Made by a program: the position numbers and the translations under genes | The notes under the pieces: model-generated | Databases searched by the model: none | What the model saw: only the letters and a program-made list of their open reading frames with translations | What the model was told of the DNA's origin: nothing | Shown here: positions 37,656-50,461 of the stretch, one piece after another | How the letters are laid out: the number at the start of each line of letters is the position of its first letter | Position numbering within the stretch: position 1 is the stretch's first letter | Assembly (NCBI GenBank): GCA_951406725.2 | Contig: OX597827.1 | Location: forward strand, 78,926,001 to 78,990,000 | Source: Octopus vulgaris | Lineage: Eukaryota | Length of the DNA: 64,000 nucleotides | Reading direction: 5' to 3'

Positions 37656-38269
37656 CACTTTCAAGAAGTGTTCACCCATCTTAAGAGATTGGGTTTGTGC
37701 AAACAATGAATGACATAGTAATTTTAAGCAATCGGACACTGCAAGGAATATGGCTTAAACATGACAATCATCCTCATTCTAGCTACAGTTGACATCTTGA
37801 ACACCACTTTAGATTTTAAGATAAGAAGCATTCCCCTCTACATAAGCCTTATGAGGCAATCATATATATGCTTGTATATTAATATTAATTCCACTCACCC
37901 ACTGATAAGCATGGTTGGGAACTTTGGTGCTGCAATTAGTTGAAGAATCTCCAATTTATCCCTCAGATTAAGACATCTTTGATAAAGCCTAATTCCATTA
38001 CAACTGGTGTTAGTGTGGAATGGCTTAACCCTTTGCCATTCATGCAGGCCATATCTGACCCAAATGCTCCACCTATTTTATGTTCAGATCTGAACTCTCA
38101 CTCTTACCCTACAATGTCTTTCTAAAAAATAAACAATCACATCTTTGAAATCTCAAAGCTATGAGATAATGCATGGTTGATTCAAAACAATGTGAATGAA
38201 CATTACACCTCTCTGAGTAGTCTGAACACTAACGAGTTAAAGAAGGTCTCACCCCCCCCCCCCCCAAAA

Positions 38270-38345
38270 AAAAAGTCATTTAGGAAAAGGAAAATAACTT
38301 GGTTTAATCCTTCATGCAGCAAAATGTTTCTACAAATATGGTTCA
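38270..38345 (+). mobile_element. Penelope-like element ORF remnant
   Basis: RKRKITWFNPSCSK resembles the R.R.I.WFNPP.S motif between RT and GIY-YIG domains of Penelope-like elements. Confidence 0.55.
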
Positions 38346-39127
38346 TTAGTGATTGGGTGGTATATCTTTTTGAGAATGTGACCACCACTCAAACACACAC
38401 ACAAATTTGGCTTTCAAATCATGGAATTTCCCCCACTCTTCTTCTTAGAAAAAACCTTCAGTAGCTTTAAATAATTACACGAGATCTTTTGAACAATGCC
38501 CCGTCATAAAACATTTTAGCTGATAAACCAGAGAATCTCTATGAATCAAGGACTACAGCCCACAGTTGGTTTCTGTCTAACACCATTACTAAACTATACA
38601 GGAGAACTAATACACAACAATATATACAACGGTGCAAAGGAAATGGTCACTCGGTTAAAGGTTGGTGGCCACATAGATTGCTTCATCCCAAATTTAATTT
38701 TCTTTCCAATTCTAAATGCAGATTAATCAAATATCCTAAAAGTGAGATTATAGTAGCAAGTAAGTATATCTCTGACCCCATCAGTTCTGGTATGAGAAAG
38801 GATTCTTGACTTGTCCAGCAGAATTGCAGCATCACTGGAATCAGCTGGTCGCATGGCATTGGTTTCAATTTGGCCTTCATATTCAGTCAGTGGTGCTAGA
38901 TTATGAGTGGATGACCTGACCAGGCAACAGGTTGTACTGAATTCCATGTCACCAGAAACACTCATAAGAGAACTCATAAGTGACCTGACATAGACACACA
39001 TATGCATATATCCTCCTCCTCCTCCGCCTCCTCCACTACCACCTCCACCAACACCGCCGCCGCCGCCGCCACCACCAACACCGCCGCCGCCACCACCAAC
39101 ACTTAATGTCTGCCTTCCATGCTGGCA

Positions 39128-39527
39128 TACTCTTACTCTTTTTTACTCTTTTACTTGTTTCAGTCATATGACTGCGGCCATGCTGGAGCACCGCCTTTAG
39201 TCGAGCAAATCGACCCTGGGACTTATTCTTTGTAAGCCCAGTACTTATTCTATCGGTCTCTTTTTTGCCGAACTGCTAAGTGACGGGGACGTAAACACAC
39301 CAGCATCGGTTGTCAAGCAATGCTAGGGGGACAAACACAGACACACAAACACACACATATATACGACAGGCTTCTTTCAGTTTCCATCTACCAAATCCAC
39401 TCACAAGGCATTTGTCGGCCCGGGGCTATAGCAGAAGACATTTGCCCAAGATGCCACGCAGTGGGACTGAAACAGGAACCATGTGGTTGGTAAGCAAGCT
39501 ACTTACCACACAGCCACTCCTGCGCCT
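39128..39527 (-). mobile_element. SINE family A, full length
   Basis: Head AGGCGCAGGAGTGGCTGTGTGG on the minus strand, tail (GAGTAAAA)n. Confidence 0.88.
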
Positions 39528-39920
39528 ATGGTTGGAACGGTTTGACAAGAGCCGGCCAGGCAGACTTCTGTAACTGTTTTGGCAGGATTTTGCAGCTAGA
39601 TTCCCTTTCTAACACTGACCACTCAGCAAAGTGGACTTAATGCTTTTTACGTGGCACAAGCACAGGTAAGGTCAGTTTTGGCAAGATTTTTACAGCTGGA
39701 TGTCCTTCCAAATGTCAACCACTTTACAGTATAGACTGGGTACTTTTAAGTGACACCTGCACTGACAGGGTCACCAAGTACTTGCAAGACAAAAAAAAAA
39801 ACTCTTTTGGAGGGTGGGGCATCGGAGGAAGTGATCTTGTGTCGGATGATGGAAGGTTATAGTGTGGCAGAGTGACAGAAACAGGGGTCTTGCTGTAGAG
39901 GAAGTACAAGGTTACTTGGC

Positions 39921-39970
<50 letters not shown>

Positions 39971-40329
39971 TCAGGAATGAAAATAGAAACAGGTGCGCTG
40001 CCGCAGGTTGAAAGCTAGCGGAGAGCAATGATAGAGTGGCACAGGGCCAAGAGAACAGGATTGGGGAGTGAGAGGTAAGTCTAGTGCACGATGTGGTTTT
40101 CTTGTTACATGGGGGTGGGGCACACAGCGCTTCTAGAACTCAGTTTCATTGACGTGGGTGGGTCTTCTCAAGAACTTCATATCACCAGACATCTCGGTCC
40201 ATTGTCATTTCCTCCATGAGGCCCAACATCCTGAGATCATATGTATATACACATATATACACACATACACATATTACATAGTGGCTGCTTTCTCATATAC
40301 AAGCAAAGCTATTGCTACAAAGAATCACT

Positions 40330-40525
40330 GAAATGAGTCATTGATGATGCAGTAGAGGCCCTTATATGACTCTTGAACCCCACCAGAGATTTGCACATTT
40401 TATTGCATAATGCACAGTTGTGCTGGGTGGCAGAAGGAACTGGTGCTCCAGAATGAAGTCTTTTGATGTCTTTTTAATCCTCCAACTGAATGGCACACCT
40501 TTCCACAGGCTATACATGTTCTGCT
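40330..40525 (-). mobile_element. LINE (RTE-type) C-terminal double C2H2 remnant
   Basis: Minus strand TCIACGKVCHSVGGLKRHQK and NCALCNKMCKSLVGFKSHIR, in different frames. Confidence 0.55.
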
Positions 40526-40624
40526 GTCATATATATATACATATGTATATGTATATATTTACATTCTATTATACACACACACATGCATATCTATCTGTCT
40601 GTCTATCTATCTATCTTTTTATCA

Positions 40625-40656
<32 letters not shown>

Positions 40657-42479
40657 TATATATATGTGTGTGTGTGCGTGTGCATGCGCACTTTTGTGTG
40701 TGATGGGCTGTCTACCAAATCCACTCACAAGACTTTGGTAAGCTCAGGGCTATAGTTAAAGACACTTGCCCAAGGTGTACTTGGAACCATATGGTTGGGT
40801 GGGGAGCAGTGTGATTGTTGATCAGTGGGAACGATGCAGAAGGGTAGGACACTGAATAAATGTCACCATCTTTGAATGTTTTCAGTAAAGACATGCAATT
40901 CTTTATTCATGTTCTGGGCCTTTCTGTATTTGATGAGTTGTGGAAAGATAGAAAAAAGAAGCAAGTGTCTTGCTTTGCTGAGTTCCTTCCAAGAAGTGTA
41001 TCAGAAGCATTGACCTCAGTTGAAAGAGAACACACAGAGATCTGAAGATGGTGTGGTAGAGTTGATTAAATTGCCTTCAGTGTGGTGTCTGTTTAGTAAG
41101 TCCATGTGTGGAAATGCAAGACCTCACCTGACTCAGTAGGAAAAGAAATTTGAAACACTTTGGCATTCATCATCATTTAACATCAGTCTTCCATGCTGGC
41201 ATGGGTTGGATGGTTTGACAGGGGCTGGCAAGACTGGAGAGCTGCACCAGGCTTCACTGTCTGCTTTGGTATGGTTTCCATGGCTGGATGCCCTTCTCAA
41301 TGCCAACCACTTCACAGAGTGTAATTGGGTGCTTTTAATATAGCATCAGCTCTGGAGCTTTTTACATGGCACCAACACCAGTGGGGTTGTTAAGTAACTT
41401 GCAAGGCAAATCCCTCTCAGCTGGGAGATGCCTGAACAAAAGAATCATACAATCTGATTTCTTTCTGATGGAGAAACCTCTTGTTACCAACAAAGGTAGA
41501 AACTCTCTCAACTTTGCCCAGCCTGTTCTTATACTAGCAACTATGCTTTCAGAGCATCCTCCACCACTGCTAACTCAATCACCTAGTTAATGGAAGCTAC
41601 CTATTACTTTTAAGGGTCCCCACTGCAAACATTTGAAGAAGTCTATTTCCTGTATGTTCTTAGTGTCTATTGTACCTGCACACCTGCCACACACAAAGGC
41701 TACTTTCTCTATTAACCTTCCTGTGATACTGCTGCCCCTCTTACGTTTTCATAGCTTACATTGGATACACAGAATGGAATTTCTATCTTCACTTTCTCCA
41801 TGTTCACTTTGCATAATATGCAAATAGATCAGTTAAATCTTTTAAGCATGTGAAATGAATTCTTTTCCATATCGATTATTATTGTAGAAACTTTGGCAGA
41901 ACAGGAAACATATTTAAAATGTGCTGAACTAGTTTTTTACCTGCAACCATTACATTCTCTATGAGGGTATATATGTCTTTTCATTATGAAATCATGATGG
42001 AAGTTAACAACATCATTAGGACAACAAAAATAAAGTCTTTTAAACTTAACACAGTTAACCGCTGTTTAATTTAATGGTGTGCCCTCTTTCGGATGATGGC
42101 ACTGAACTTAAAAACTCAGAGATACCATCCGTATGAAAGACAACAGTTCAAACATATTTAGCGCAATTACTAACAACAATTTAATTGTAAATACTAACGC
42201 AGTTAGGAAATGACAACATTAAATACTGACTAATATTATTTTTATTATTCTGGAAAGAATGAAAGAAATAAAATAACGTTAGTCATTGATCTAATCTCTT
42301 TCTCTCATCATGTAATTATTTCTAACTAGATTTTTGATATTAAACGCATTGAAATGAGCGAGTCCAAACTGCTAGATAAGTATTTCTAATATAGGCACAA
42401 GGGAGTGGGGAATTAGTCAATACTCTCACTACCCGCAGGTACTTTATTTATCGACCCCGAAAGGACGAAAAACATAATT

Positions 42480-43560
42480 AATCTAGGCGGAAACGCCTTT
42501 TGAAAAAATGGACTAATTTTACAGGAGAAACTTTACACCGGTTTCCGACTGACGTCGGGATTTCAATGATGGCTGTTCGTTTCTGTAAATATTCTTCACA
42601 TCCTTGTTTGTTTTTGTTATCTTTGACGACCGATCGTTTTCTTAATTTCTGAATAGAATGACATTTTTACACAGCATATTGCCTTCAACACTTTGATCAA
42701 ACTGATCTCATTTTTGGTATGTCTATTTATTATTTATATTATTAAATGATTTATTATTAATTATTATAAGACGAGGAAAGCGGCGTAATTACAATTAGGA
42801 GCCTTAATTAGGAGAATTTTAAAATCTAATTTGGTTTTCCTGAATTCCCGAAACGGAAAAGTGAATCCTTCAATGTAGGTAAAACGTGTACCCTATACGT
42901 ATATACAGCCCTGTTACACACACATATATATATATAAATAAATAAATAAAATACACACACACACGATATATAATAGGTAAGAATTGTATTTTTGTAAATT
43001 GTATTTTCTCCAAATGACGTTTTATGTGTTGTCGATAAAAAAAGAGAAGCAGGGATAGAAAAAAAAAGTTTGATTTTAGCACAACCGGAATCTCTTCTTT
43101 TCAGTGTTTCAGTAATTCCAAGTTAGATTTTTTATATTCCCCGTTTTTGTCGGTTCCAGTTTTTTAAAATTTTCTGGGTTTTTGTTATTTAAACATTGTT
43201 TCCGACAGCAATTGTTAAACTCTGAGGAAATATATAAAATCTACTTGCTCTTAATAAACCATATTGATATTAAACAATTCTCTCCAACTTCTGACGAAAA
43301 TCTTAAAATATATTCAAGCAAAATCGAAAGCCAACAGAAGAGATCGAACTCGTTCCGCCAAATAAGTGGACGAGGATGTTTCTTTATTCTTCTCTTTGTA
43401 TTTATGTTTATCAAAGAATTGGAAAAGAAAAGAAAACAAACGAGCAGGATATATGCCGGAGTATTAATAAAATTCTAAACCGGTTAAAAGTCGGACAAAT
43501 TAGAATTGTTGCGAGAAAGTAAAAGTACAACTTTTTTCAGAGAAGAACCATTCTTCGGGG
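42480..43560. promoter_or_regulatory. CpG-enriched, repeat-poor putative promoter / first-exon region
   Basis: Local CpG excess, TGACGTC CRE-like site near 42550, CCGG/CGGAA ETS-like cores and a candidate donor TTG|GTATGT at 42716/42717. It lies upstream of the FEM-1-like exon, which has an acceptor just before its ATG. Confidence 0.5.
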
Positions 43561-44494
43561 GTTCAAGGCTTTATTAAGAAGTCGTCTTCTTCACAGACCA
43601 ATTTATTTTACTTTTGATCTTGTTTGTATTCACTTTAGTTTCCTCTCATCATATAATTTCCGTTTGTTATCCAGCAAAAATACTTCTGTTAAAGTGCGTA
43701 ATGATGATTGTATAGTTACTAATTTGGGTAACTGTAATTAAAGATGTTTTGTTAAGCAAAAAGTTATTGAAAACTTCTTTATGATATCAAGTCCAACAGG
43801 AAACGGTGTTACCTAGGGCTAAATAACAGTAGTATTCTTCCCTTTCATGGGACTGTCACATTAAGTTGACAACATGCTATCACTTTATCGTGCTGCTACG
43901 GCATAAATCTCTCTGAGAGATTTAGAAATATATTATTTCTATTTATGAGAATTCAGTAAGACCATCTCTAGAATATTGATGGCATAACTACACTTTAGGT
44001 CACCATCCAACTTTCTTTCCTCCGTATTTACTTCATCTACACATGTGTTCGAAAATGTAGATTATTATGACGATAAATTTTATTTAATTTTTCTTTGTAA
44101 TCAGAAAGAAAGAAGTGCACAGCTTTTTAACTCCAGTCCTTCCTGACATAAAAGCTGTTCGGACACAATAAGGCGCACCCCAATTTCAACAGCGCATATT
44201 CAGGAAAAAAGTTTGTAGTGCATTAAAGTATATAATATTTAAAGCAATCTCGCTGTAAATTACAAACCATTGTACAGTTTCGGTAAATCCAAGTTAGATT
44301 TTTACATTCACCATTATTGTCGGGGCCAGTTTTAAACAAAATTTTCACTTTCCAGGTTTTTGTTATTTTAACGTGGTTTCCGCTATGAATTGTTAAACAC
44401 TATGCAGTACTGAATTTGTACGATGGTCTGTAATTTACTGCAAGATTGTACAACTTCTTTTGCAGTACAAATAATAATAATAATAATATCAGAA

Positions 44495-44712
44495 AGCATC
44501 TAGAGGAATATCAAGGAAATTGGAAAAGAGTGTCCAGTGGAACTGTTACAAAACGTTTGCTTCCTTGGCACGGCCAGAATAATTAGGAAAGGATTAGGTA
44601 GTTGAAAAGAACGGGTAGGATGGTACCGTAGGCTGCAGGTAGGAAGCCCACTACGCATGCAAGACTTCAGGAGTTCCAACAAAACCTGTGATAAAAAGAA
44701 ATGATAATAATG
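44495..44712 (+). mobile_element. R4/Dong-like (RLE) non-LTR retrotransposon 3' end
   Basis: ELLQNVCFLGTARIIRKGL* matches the LQK..LLGTA.I.R C-terminal motif. TAA-type tail. Confidence 0.7.
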
Positions 44713-45165
44713 TTTAAGTAAACAGTGTTATTATAGAATAAGGCTAGGAGGAAGAGACCCTCCAAATCGGTGGCTCTCAACCCTCTTTTTATATCCTGGC
44801 CAGATCCAAGTTATTAATTTTTTTAGGAGGCCGCACCAAAAATAAAAAAAAGTAGAGCTCGAATCAAAGAACAATTTATTATATTTATAGAGGGTGGGGG
44901 AGAACATCAAGGGTCAGCTGGAAGGATGCCTGAGGGTCCATGCGGCCCTGGGAGCCGTGATGGAGAACTGCTGGTCTAGATTAAAATCAAGCCTATTAAT
45001 AGTGAATATCAGGGACAAAATTAGCTGACGAGAAATTCAACTTTGCATATAGGACCCAGGGCAATTTCTTGAGACTTCATTTTTGTAAAAAAAGTGTGTT
45101 GTGTATGTCGTTAAATATAATATTGAATTATTTTCTTGTGATTCTTGTTCAATGTAATGATATCC

Positions 45166-45325
45166 AGGAGTGGCTGTGTGGTAAGTAGCTTGTTTACCAA
45201 CCACATGGTTCCGGGTTCAGTCCCACTGCGTGGCACCTTGGGCAAGTGTCTTCTGCTATAGCCTCGGGCTGACCAAAGCCTTGTGAGTGGATTTGGTAGA
45301 CGGAAACTGAAAGAAGCCCGTCGTA

Positions 45326-45366
<41 letters not shown>

Positions 45367-45575
45367 GTGTGTGTTTGTGTGTCTGTGTTTGTCCCCCTAG
45401 CATTGCTTGACAACCAATGCTGGTGTGTTTATGTCCCCGTCACTTAGCGGTTCGGCAAAATAGACCGATAGAATAAGTACTGGGCTTACAAAGAATAAGT
45501 GCTGGGGTCGAGTTGCTCGATTAAAGGTGGTGCTCCAGCATGGCCGCAATCAAATGACTGAAACAAGTAAAAGAG
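45166..45575 (+). mobile_element. SINE family A, near full length
   Basis: Matches family consensus. Confidence 0.88.
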
Positions 45576-45639
45576 TCTATCAGATAAGAGGAAATGGGTA
45601 TGTTATAGGTTAATCATTCAAAATACTTTCCACCTTTAG

Positions 45640-45965
45640 TGTCGCCTTACTGGCACATGAAAAACAACATTCGAACGTGGTTGTTGCCAGTGCCGCCAGA
45701 CTGGCTCCTGTGCAGGTGGCATGTTACACCTTTTGAGCGTGGTCGTTGCCAGTACCACCTGACTGGCCCTCATGCCAGTGGCACTTAAAAAGCACCCTCT
45801 ACACTCTCAGAGTGGTTGTCGTTAGGAAGGGCATCCAGCTGTAGAAACTTTGCCAGATCAGATTGGAGCCTGGTGCAGCCTCCTGGCTCGCCAGTCCTCA
45901 GTCAAGCCGTCCAACCCATGCCTGCATGGAAAACGGACGTTAAACGATGATGATGATGATGATGA
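45640..45965 (+). mobile_element. RTE-related 3'-end element with (GAT)n tail
   Basis: Conserved end ...GGACGTTAAACGATGATGATG. Confidence 0.8.
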
Positions 45966-46882
45966 TTGTAGTAAGGTTACTCTGCAAAATACCAGCTCCA
46001 TTCTCAATATTAATGAAGTCTTTTGCTCTCCTCTCTCTTTAATAAAAGACACAATTGAGTTTGCATCAATTCTTTCTTTGCCAAGTTATCGGTCAAATTT
46101 AAAACCACCTTAATTTTATTAAACCTGGTAATTTGTGCTCCCCTTCCCCTTTGTAATCCTCACAGGCCCACAAAAGCGAGGGTACCCTTTAGGCTAGATC
46201 GTTCTGATACTGATTACTTTTAACTATATTGTACAATGCTAAACATAAAATAAGGAATATTTTCATCATGTCTTCCAGTTTCTTGTCGATGACAAATAAC
46301 TTTCAAATATAATGACATGGGTTTTTTTATGTTGTGCAATGATGATAAGCAAGTTATTGATTGAGTTAAAAAGGTTTGGGAAACATGTCTTTTATTTCTG
46401 AATAAAAGTAAGGTATTTAAATTTCGACCAGATAATCATAATTTACACCTTTGAAAATGTATCTCTGTAAATTCCATAAAAAATGTGTTTTGTTAAGAAA
46501 GATAGGAGGGAACAAAGTCAGTTGGGTAGGAGGTAGTAAAGCAGTTATGCCACATTCATCGGGTACCACTTGCATGTTTTACATGTTTACCATGTCATGT
46601 GACTCAGCCTAGTCATCAGGTGACTTTTACCATTTAAGATCAAAGGGTCTCTTACAACCATGACTTTGTTTTGTATAAACCCTTTGCAGTGGGACTACAT
46701 TACCAATCTCTGACCAACAGCATTAGCAGACATGTTACATTAGCTGTTGTAATACGTCTCCACTCCATTCATTTTCAGCTACAATGGGCCATGGTTGAGG
46801 AAATTGACTCAATATACTAAATGTATATTTTGAGCCGGCCACAACAGATGACAGCAGAAAAATAGTGATTCTATCTATATTA

Positions 46883-47139
46883 AAAAAAAAATAATAAATG
46901 CGCCCTTTTAAAGCCTAGCCAGGCTCATGGGCCCAGTTTCCCGGTTTCTATGGTGTGTGTGTTCTCCTGCTGGACGGGATGCCAGTCCACTGCAGTGTTA
47001 CTCATTTTTGCCAGCTGAGTGGACTGGAGCAACGTGAAATGAAGTTTTTTGCTCAAGAAAATAATGCGTCGCCCGGTCCAGGAATTGAAACCACAGTCAT
47101 ACGATCATGATGCTGACACCCTAACCACTAAGCCTCCAC
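46883..47139 (-). mobile_element. tRNA-headed SINE (family C-like) with TSD
   Basis: Minus-strand head GGCTTAGTGGTTAGGG...GGTTTCAATTCC. 13-bp TSD TCTATCTATATTA (46870-46882, 47140-47152). Confidence 0.85.
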
Positions 47140-47194
47140 TCTATCTATATTAGGCCGACAAATTTTGCATGCAGGTTAGAGTGCATTAGGGCTT

Positions 47195-47648
47195 AGTTGT
47201 CAGTTCCCTTCTATTTGTCATAATCCTCAACGCTGTCACAGAGAAGTTCAAGAGTTGCTGCCCGTGGAAACTCTTGTGCTGGTGACATTTTTACAGCTGT
47301 ATCTGTTGTAGAATTAAAAAAGAAATTCCAGGTGTGGAAGTAAAACCTGAAATCAAGAGGTCTTGAAGGAGTTAACTGAGCAACGTATTAGTGGGGAAAT
47401 TGATAGAACTCTGGTTCCATCAAGGAAATAGCCACTTGTTTAATATGTAACAATTCCATACAATGCACCCAGTGCAAACTATGGACACAAGAAATGTAGT
47501 GGAATCACTGGCAGGTTAAGAGAAAACAGACTTGATATATGGTCTCTGCCCAGGGGTTACAAACACTAAATGTGCACAGGAGATAGTTTCTCTCAAACAC
47601 TGAGTCGGTTCCCTTGAAGTGGTCAGTAGCTTCTGTTACTTGCGTGAG
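47195..47648 (+). mobile_element. Old RTE LINE fragment
   Basis: Similar to 6903-7200 and 8950-9050 (CTQCKLWT, LEVV.SFCYL). Confidence 0.7.
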
Positions 47649-47652
47649 TTAA

Positions 47653-47874
47653 CCCTTTCGATGCCAACCAGGCTGAGACCGCCTCTGGCTCTGTAGTAAA
47701 AATGTCTTGTTTTCAAAAGTTTTGAATTAAAACCTTCCACCAAACCTTAGTTACAGTTTATGTTCCTAACACCAGCTTAATGATAACAAAATTATTTCAC
47801 TAAATTCTTTGTTGTATTTAAGATTAATTGAAAGAAACACAGAGCATCTCGAAATAAATACGGTAACGAAAGAG
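47653..47874. mobile_element. piggyBac-type MITE
   Basis: TTAA|CCCTTTCG...CGAAAGAG|TTAA termini with TTAA duplication, inserted in the RTE remnant. Confidence 0.7.
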
Positions 47875-48829
47875 TTAATTAACAGTGGAGGTGAATGTTC
47901 CTGAAGTAGAGGAGCCAGAGTAAGAAAGGGTTGGGGAGTGGTTACCCCTTTTGCTAATAAAACGTTTCTCTCCCAAAGTGAGATGCAGATTGTATAATGC
48001 TTGTGTATGAACTGCAATGTTTTGGCCAAAAGTAACTGGGATGGCTCTAAGTATGTTTCTGCATCATTTTGCTATCTTTTGACACATCTTCTACGTGTCA
48101 TAGATGTTGTGGTTTAACTCCCAGTGTTGAGTGTGATGGCTGGTTCTTTTTGTTTTCTTGTGTTGCTGGCAAAAAAGGAGACTGGATTTGCCGGGAATTT
48201 TTCGGCTAAAATAGTTTTCAAGTTGTGTCTACAAAATGGTGGAGGACGTATGAGTTTTGTGGAAGTTGAAGGTGAATGGCTAAGATCTCTTTATGCTCTG
48301 TCAGGGTAATTGCTGGTTCAGGAAGTAAAAACACTATTAACAGTATGTTTGGCAAGCTGACGGGTAATCAGCTGGCTATTTTGTTTCCCTTTTTGTTTTT
48401 TAGAAGTGGATAATTAAGATACAAGCTAAGTTAATAAGGTCATTATACTTAAAAATCCTTTAGACTACAAATTTCATTGTAAAAGAAACTTACTGACTAA
48501 CTGATAATTAATTGGTCATTAAGAGTCTACATTCTAAATAGATCAGGATTATAGATGTTGATAGATTCATTTAATTACTGATGCCATCTGCTTGGGAACT
48601 CTGGCATAATCATACATTTAACTGTGGGGTTGTTTTTGATCAATATTTGCATAATTAGCATTTATTGAAGGTTAAGACTGTGATGTTGATTAGAAGAACC
48701 TAATTAGAAGACAATTAGCCACATGATAACATAAAGGAATTGTTATTTCCATTTGGTAATATAAAAGAACTATTATTTCTAACATCTCTCACTAATATTG
48801 TTATTATTTTTATTATTTTTTCAGGAAAG

Positions 48830-50461
48830 ATGTCACAACAACTTACAGGGGAGCAGATTATTTCCATATCAAACAAAGTGATGCGTTATGTGAGGAAATG
48901 TAACCTGGTTGGTGTGAAGTCCAAACTGGACCCTCTTAAAATGCCACATCGCAAACGTATTGCCAGCCGAAAGATCCAAGGATTCACTGCACTGTTTCTG
49001 GCCGTTTCCTACAACAACTTGGAACTTGTTCAGTATTTGTTACAGGAATGCAATGTTCCTGTCGATCAACCTGTGATATATAATGATGATGCTCAAGTGA
49101 CCCCTCTTTTAGTGGCTGCATCAGAACGCTGCAAGAATATGTTACAGATCCTTCTTGATTATGGAGCTGATATCAATGTCAAAGACCATTTGGGTAGCAC
49201 TGCTCTGAAAATGTCTGTTAAGGGTGGCAACGTGGACATTGTTAAGTTTCTTATTGAAAGAGGTTCTGATGTTAATTTTGCTGACCATAAAGGAGTGACT
49301 CCATTGATGGAATCGGTCTTTAACACGGAGTTAGTAGATCTCCTCTCTTCAAATGGTGCTAATTTATATGCAACTGATGCAAAGGGTGACACAGTCCTGC
49401 ATTTTGCAGCCTGTAAAGGTAGTTTAGAGGTGTTTAAGTTTCTCCTCCAGAAAGGCTTCAGTCCTTACACATGCAATGGCCTCGGTGAGAACTGTTTCCG
49501 GCTTGCTGCCACACACTGGCAATGGAGAATACTCATCTATTTACTGGTAACTTTTCCTTACCCACAACATTCTCCACAACAGTACTTTGACAGCACCACA
49601 ACACAGATATTTATTAAAGCTCTTGATGAAGCTGAACACAACATTGATGTCTTTGAATTTCCTGCACTAATGGTGACAGAAAAAGTATTAGGGGTTTGCT
49701 GTACGTCACTTGAGGCCTTAGGTTATGCAGCATGGCTGCAGTGCGACCTCGGCAATGTTTCACTAGCATGGGACATATATTGCCATTTACTTCGAGCCTG
49801 TCAAAGAATGAGGTGTGTAACGGGCCCTGATATTGTTACACTTGAGTTGGAGGTGTTTTGGAAAATATACAGTAAAGATCAACATTATTCGATGCCATTC
49901 AGGGAGGTCATAAATCTTGTGCGGCAGATTGCTAGTGATATCGTCATCAACTGGGAATCCCTCCAAAACAGCAACTGTGAAGAAAGATCTTTGAAAAGTT
50001 CTTACAAGGTGAATGCATGGGAAACGTTGTTACTGTTTGTGGTGAACTTGCTCAAAATTCTCATTCATTACCAACACAAATGGGATTCGGTAAGCTTTCA
50101 GAGGTTCTCCTGTTCTGTTCTTGATCGATACACCAAGGTTTTGTCTCAGACAGAACAGTCACATGCTGAACAGGAAGGCATCACGGATGGAAGTAAACCT
50201 GCAATCTCTTTAAGGCTTCATGGAAAATGGCAGCCGACAGACATTATTCTCCAAGCGTGTCATGAAACACAAAACCAGTTTCTGGGAAAATTTCTCAAAG
50301 AATCACCGTACATTGTCTTTGATGCTGCTAAACTTGTTCCTGTAAAAGAACCTCTTTCCCTGCAGTGTCTCACTGCCAGAGTTTTAAACCAAGCAAACAT
50401 TGAGTACCACAAATACTTACCTGGACGCTTGACCGACTTTGTCCTCCATCACCTCTCATGA
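48830..50461 (+). CDS. FEM-1-like ankyrin-repeat Cullin-RING ligase substrate receptor (543 aa, single coding exon)
   Basis: Acceptor TTTTTTCAG at 48824, then ATG at 48830. N-terminal ankyrin repeats (TALFLAV, TPLLVAA, TALKMS, TPLMES, TVLHFAA). C-terminal PLSLQCLTARVL...Y...LPGRLTDFVLHH resembles the FEM-1 BC/VHL-box terminus. Confidence 0.85.
   Translation: MSQQLTGEQIISISNKVMRYVRKCNLVGVKSKLDPLKMPHRKRIASRKIQGFTALFLAVSYNNLELVQYLLQECNVPVDQPVIYNDDAQVTPLLVAASERCKNMLQILLDYGADINVKDHLGSTALKMSVKGGNVDIVKFLIERGSDVNFADHKGVTPLMESVFNTELVDLLSSNGANLYATDAKGDTVLHFAACKGSLEVFKFLLQKGFSPYTCNGLGENCFRLAATHWQWRILIYLLVTFPYPQHSPQQYFDSTTTQIFIKALDEAEHNIDVFEFPALMVTEKVLGVCCTSLEALGYAAWLQCDLGNVSLAWDIYCHLLRACQRMRCVTGPDIVTLELEVFWKIYSKDQHYSMPFREVINLVRQIASDIVINWESLQNSNCEERSLKSSYKVNAWETLLLFVVNLLKILIHYQHKWDSVSFQRFSCSVLDRYTKVLSQTEQSHAEQEGITDGSKPAISLRLHGKWQPTDIILQACHETQNQFLGKFLKESPYIVFDAAKLVPVKEPLSLQCLTARVLNQANIEYHKYLPGRLTDFVLHHLS

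Noticed and set aside
38723-39007. Minus-strand 94-aa ORF or exon candidate
   Set aside because: No recognisable motif and weak splice signals.
48740-48829. N-terminal 30 aa of the 573-aa ORF as a signal peptide
   Set aside because: It starts at TTG and spans a polypyrimidine tract and CAG acceptor, so it is intronic. The real start is likely ATG 48830.
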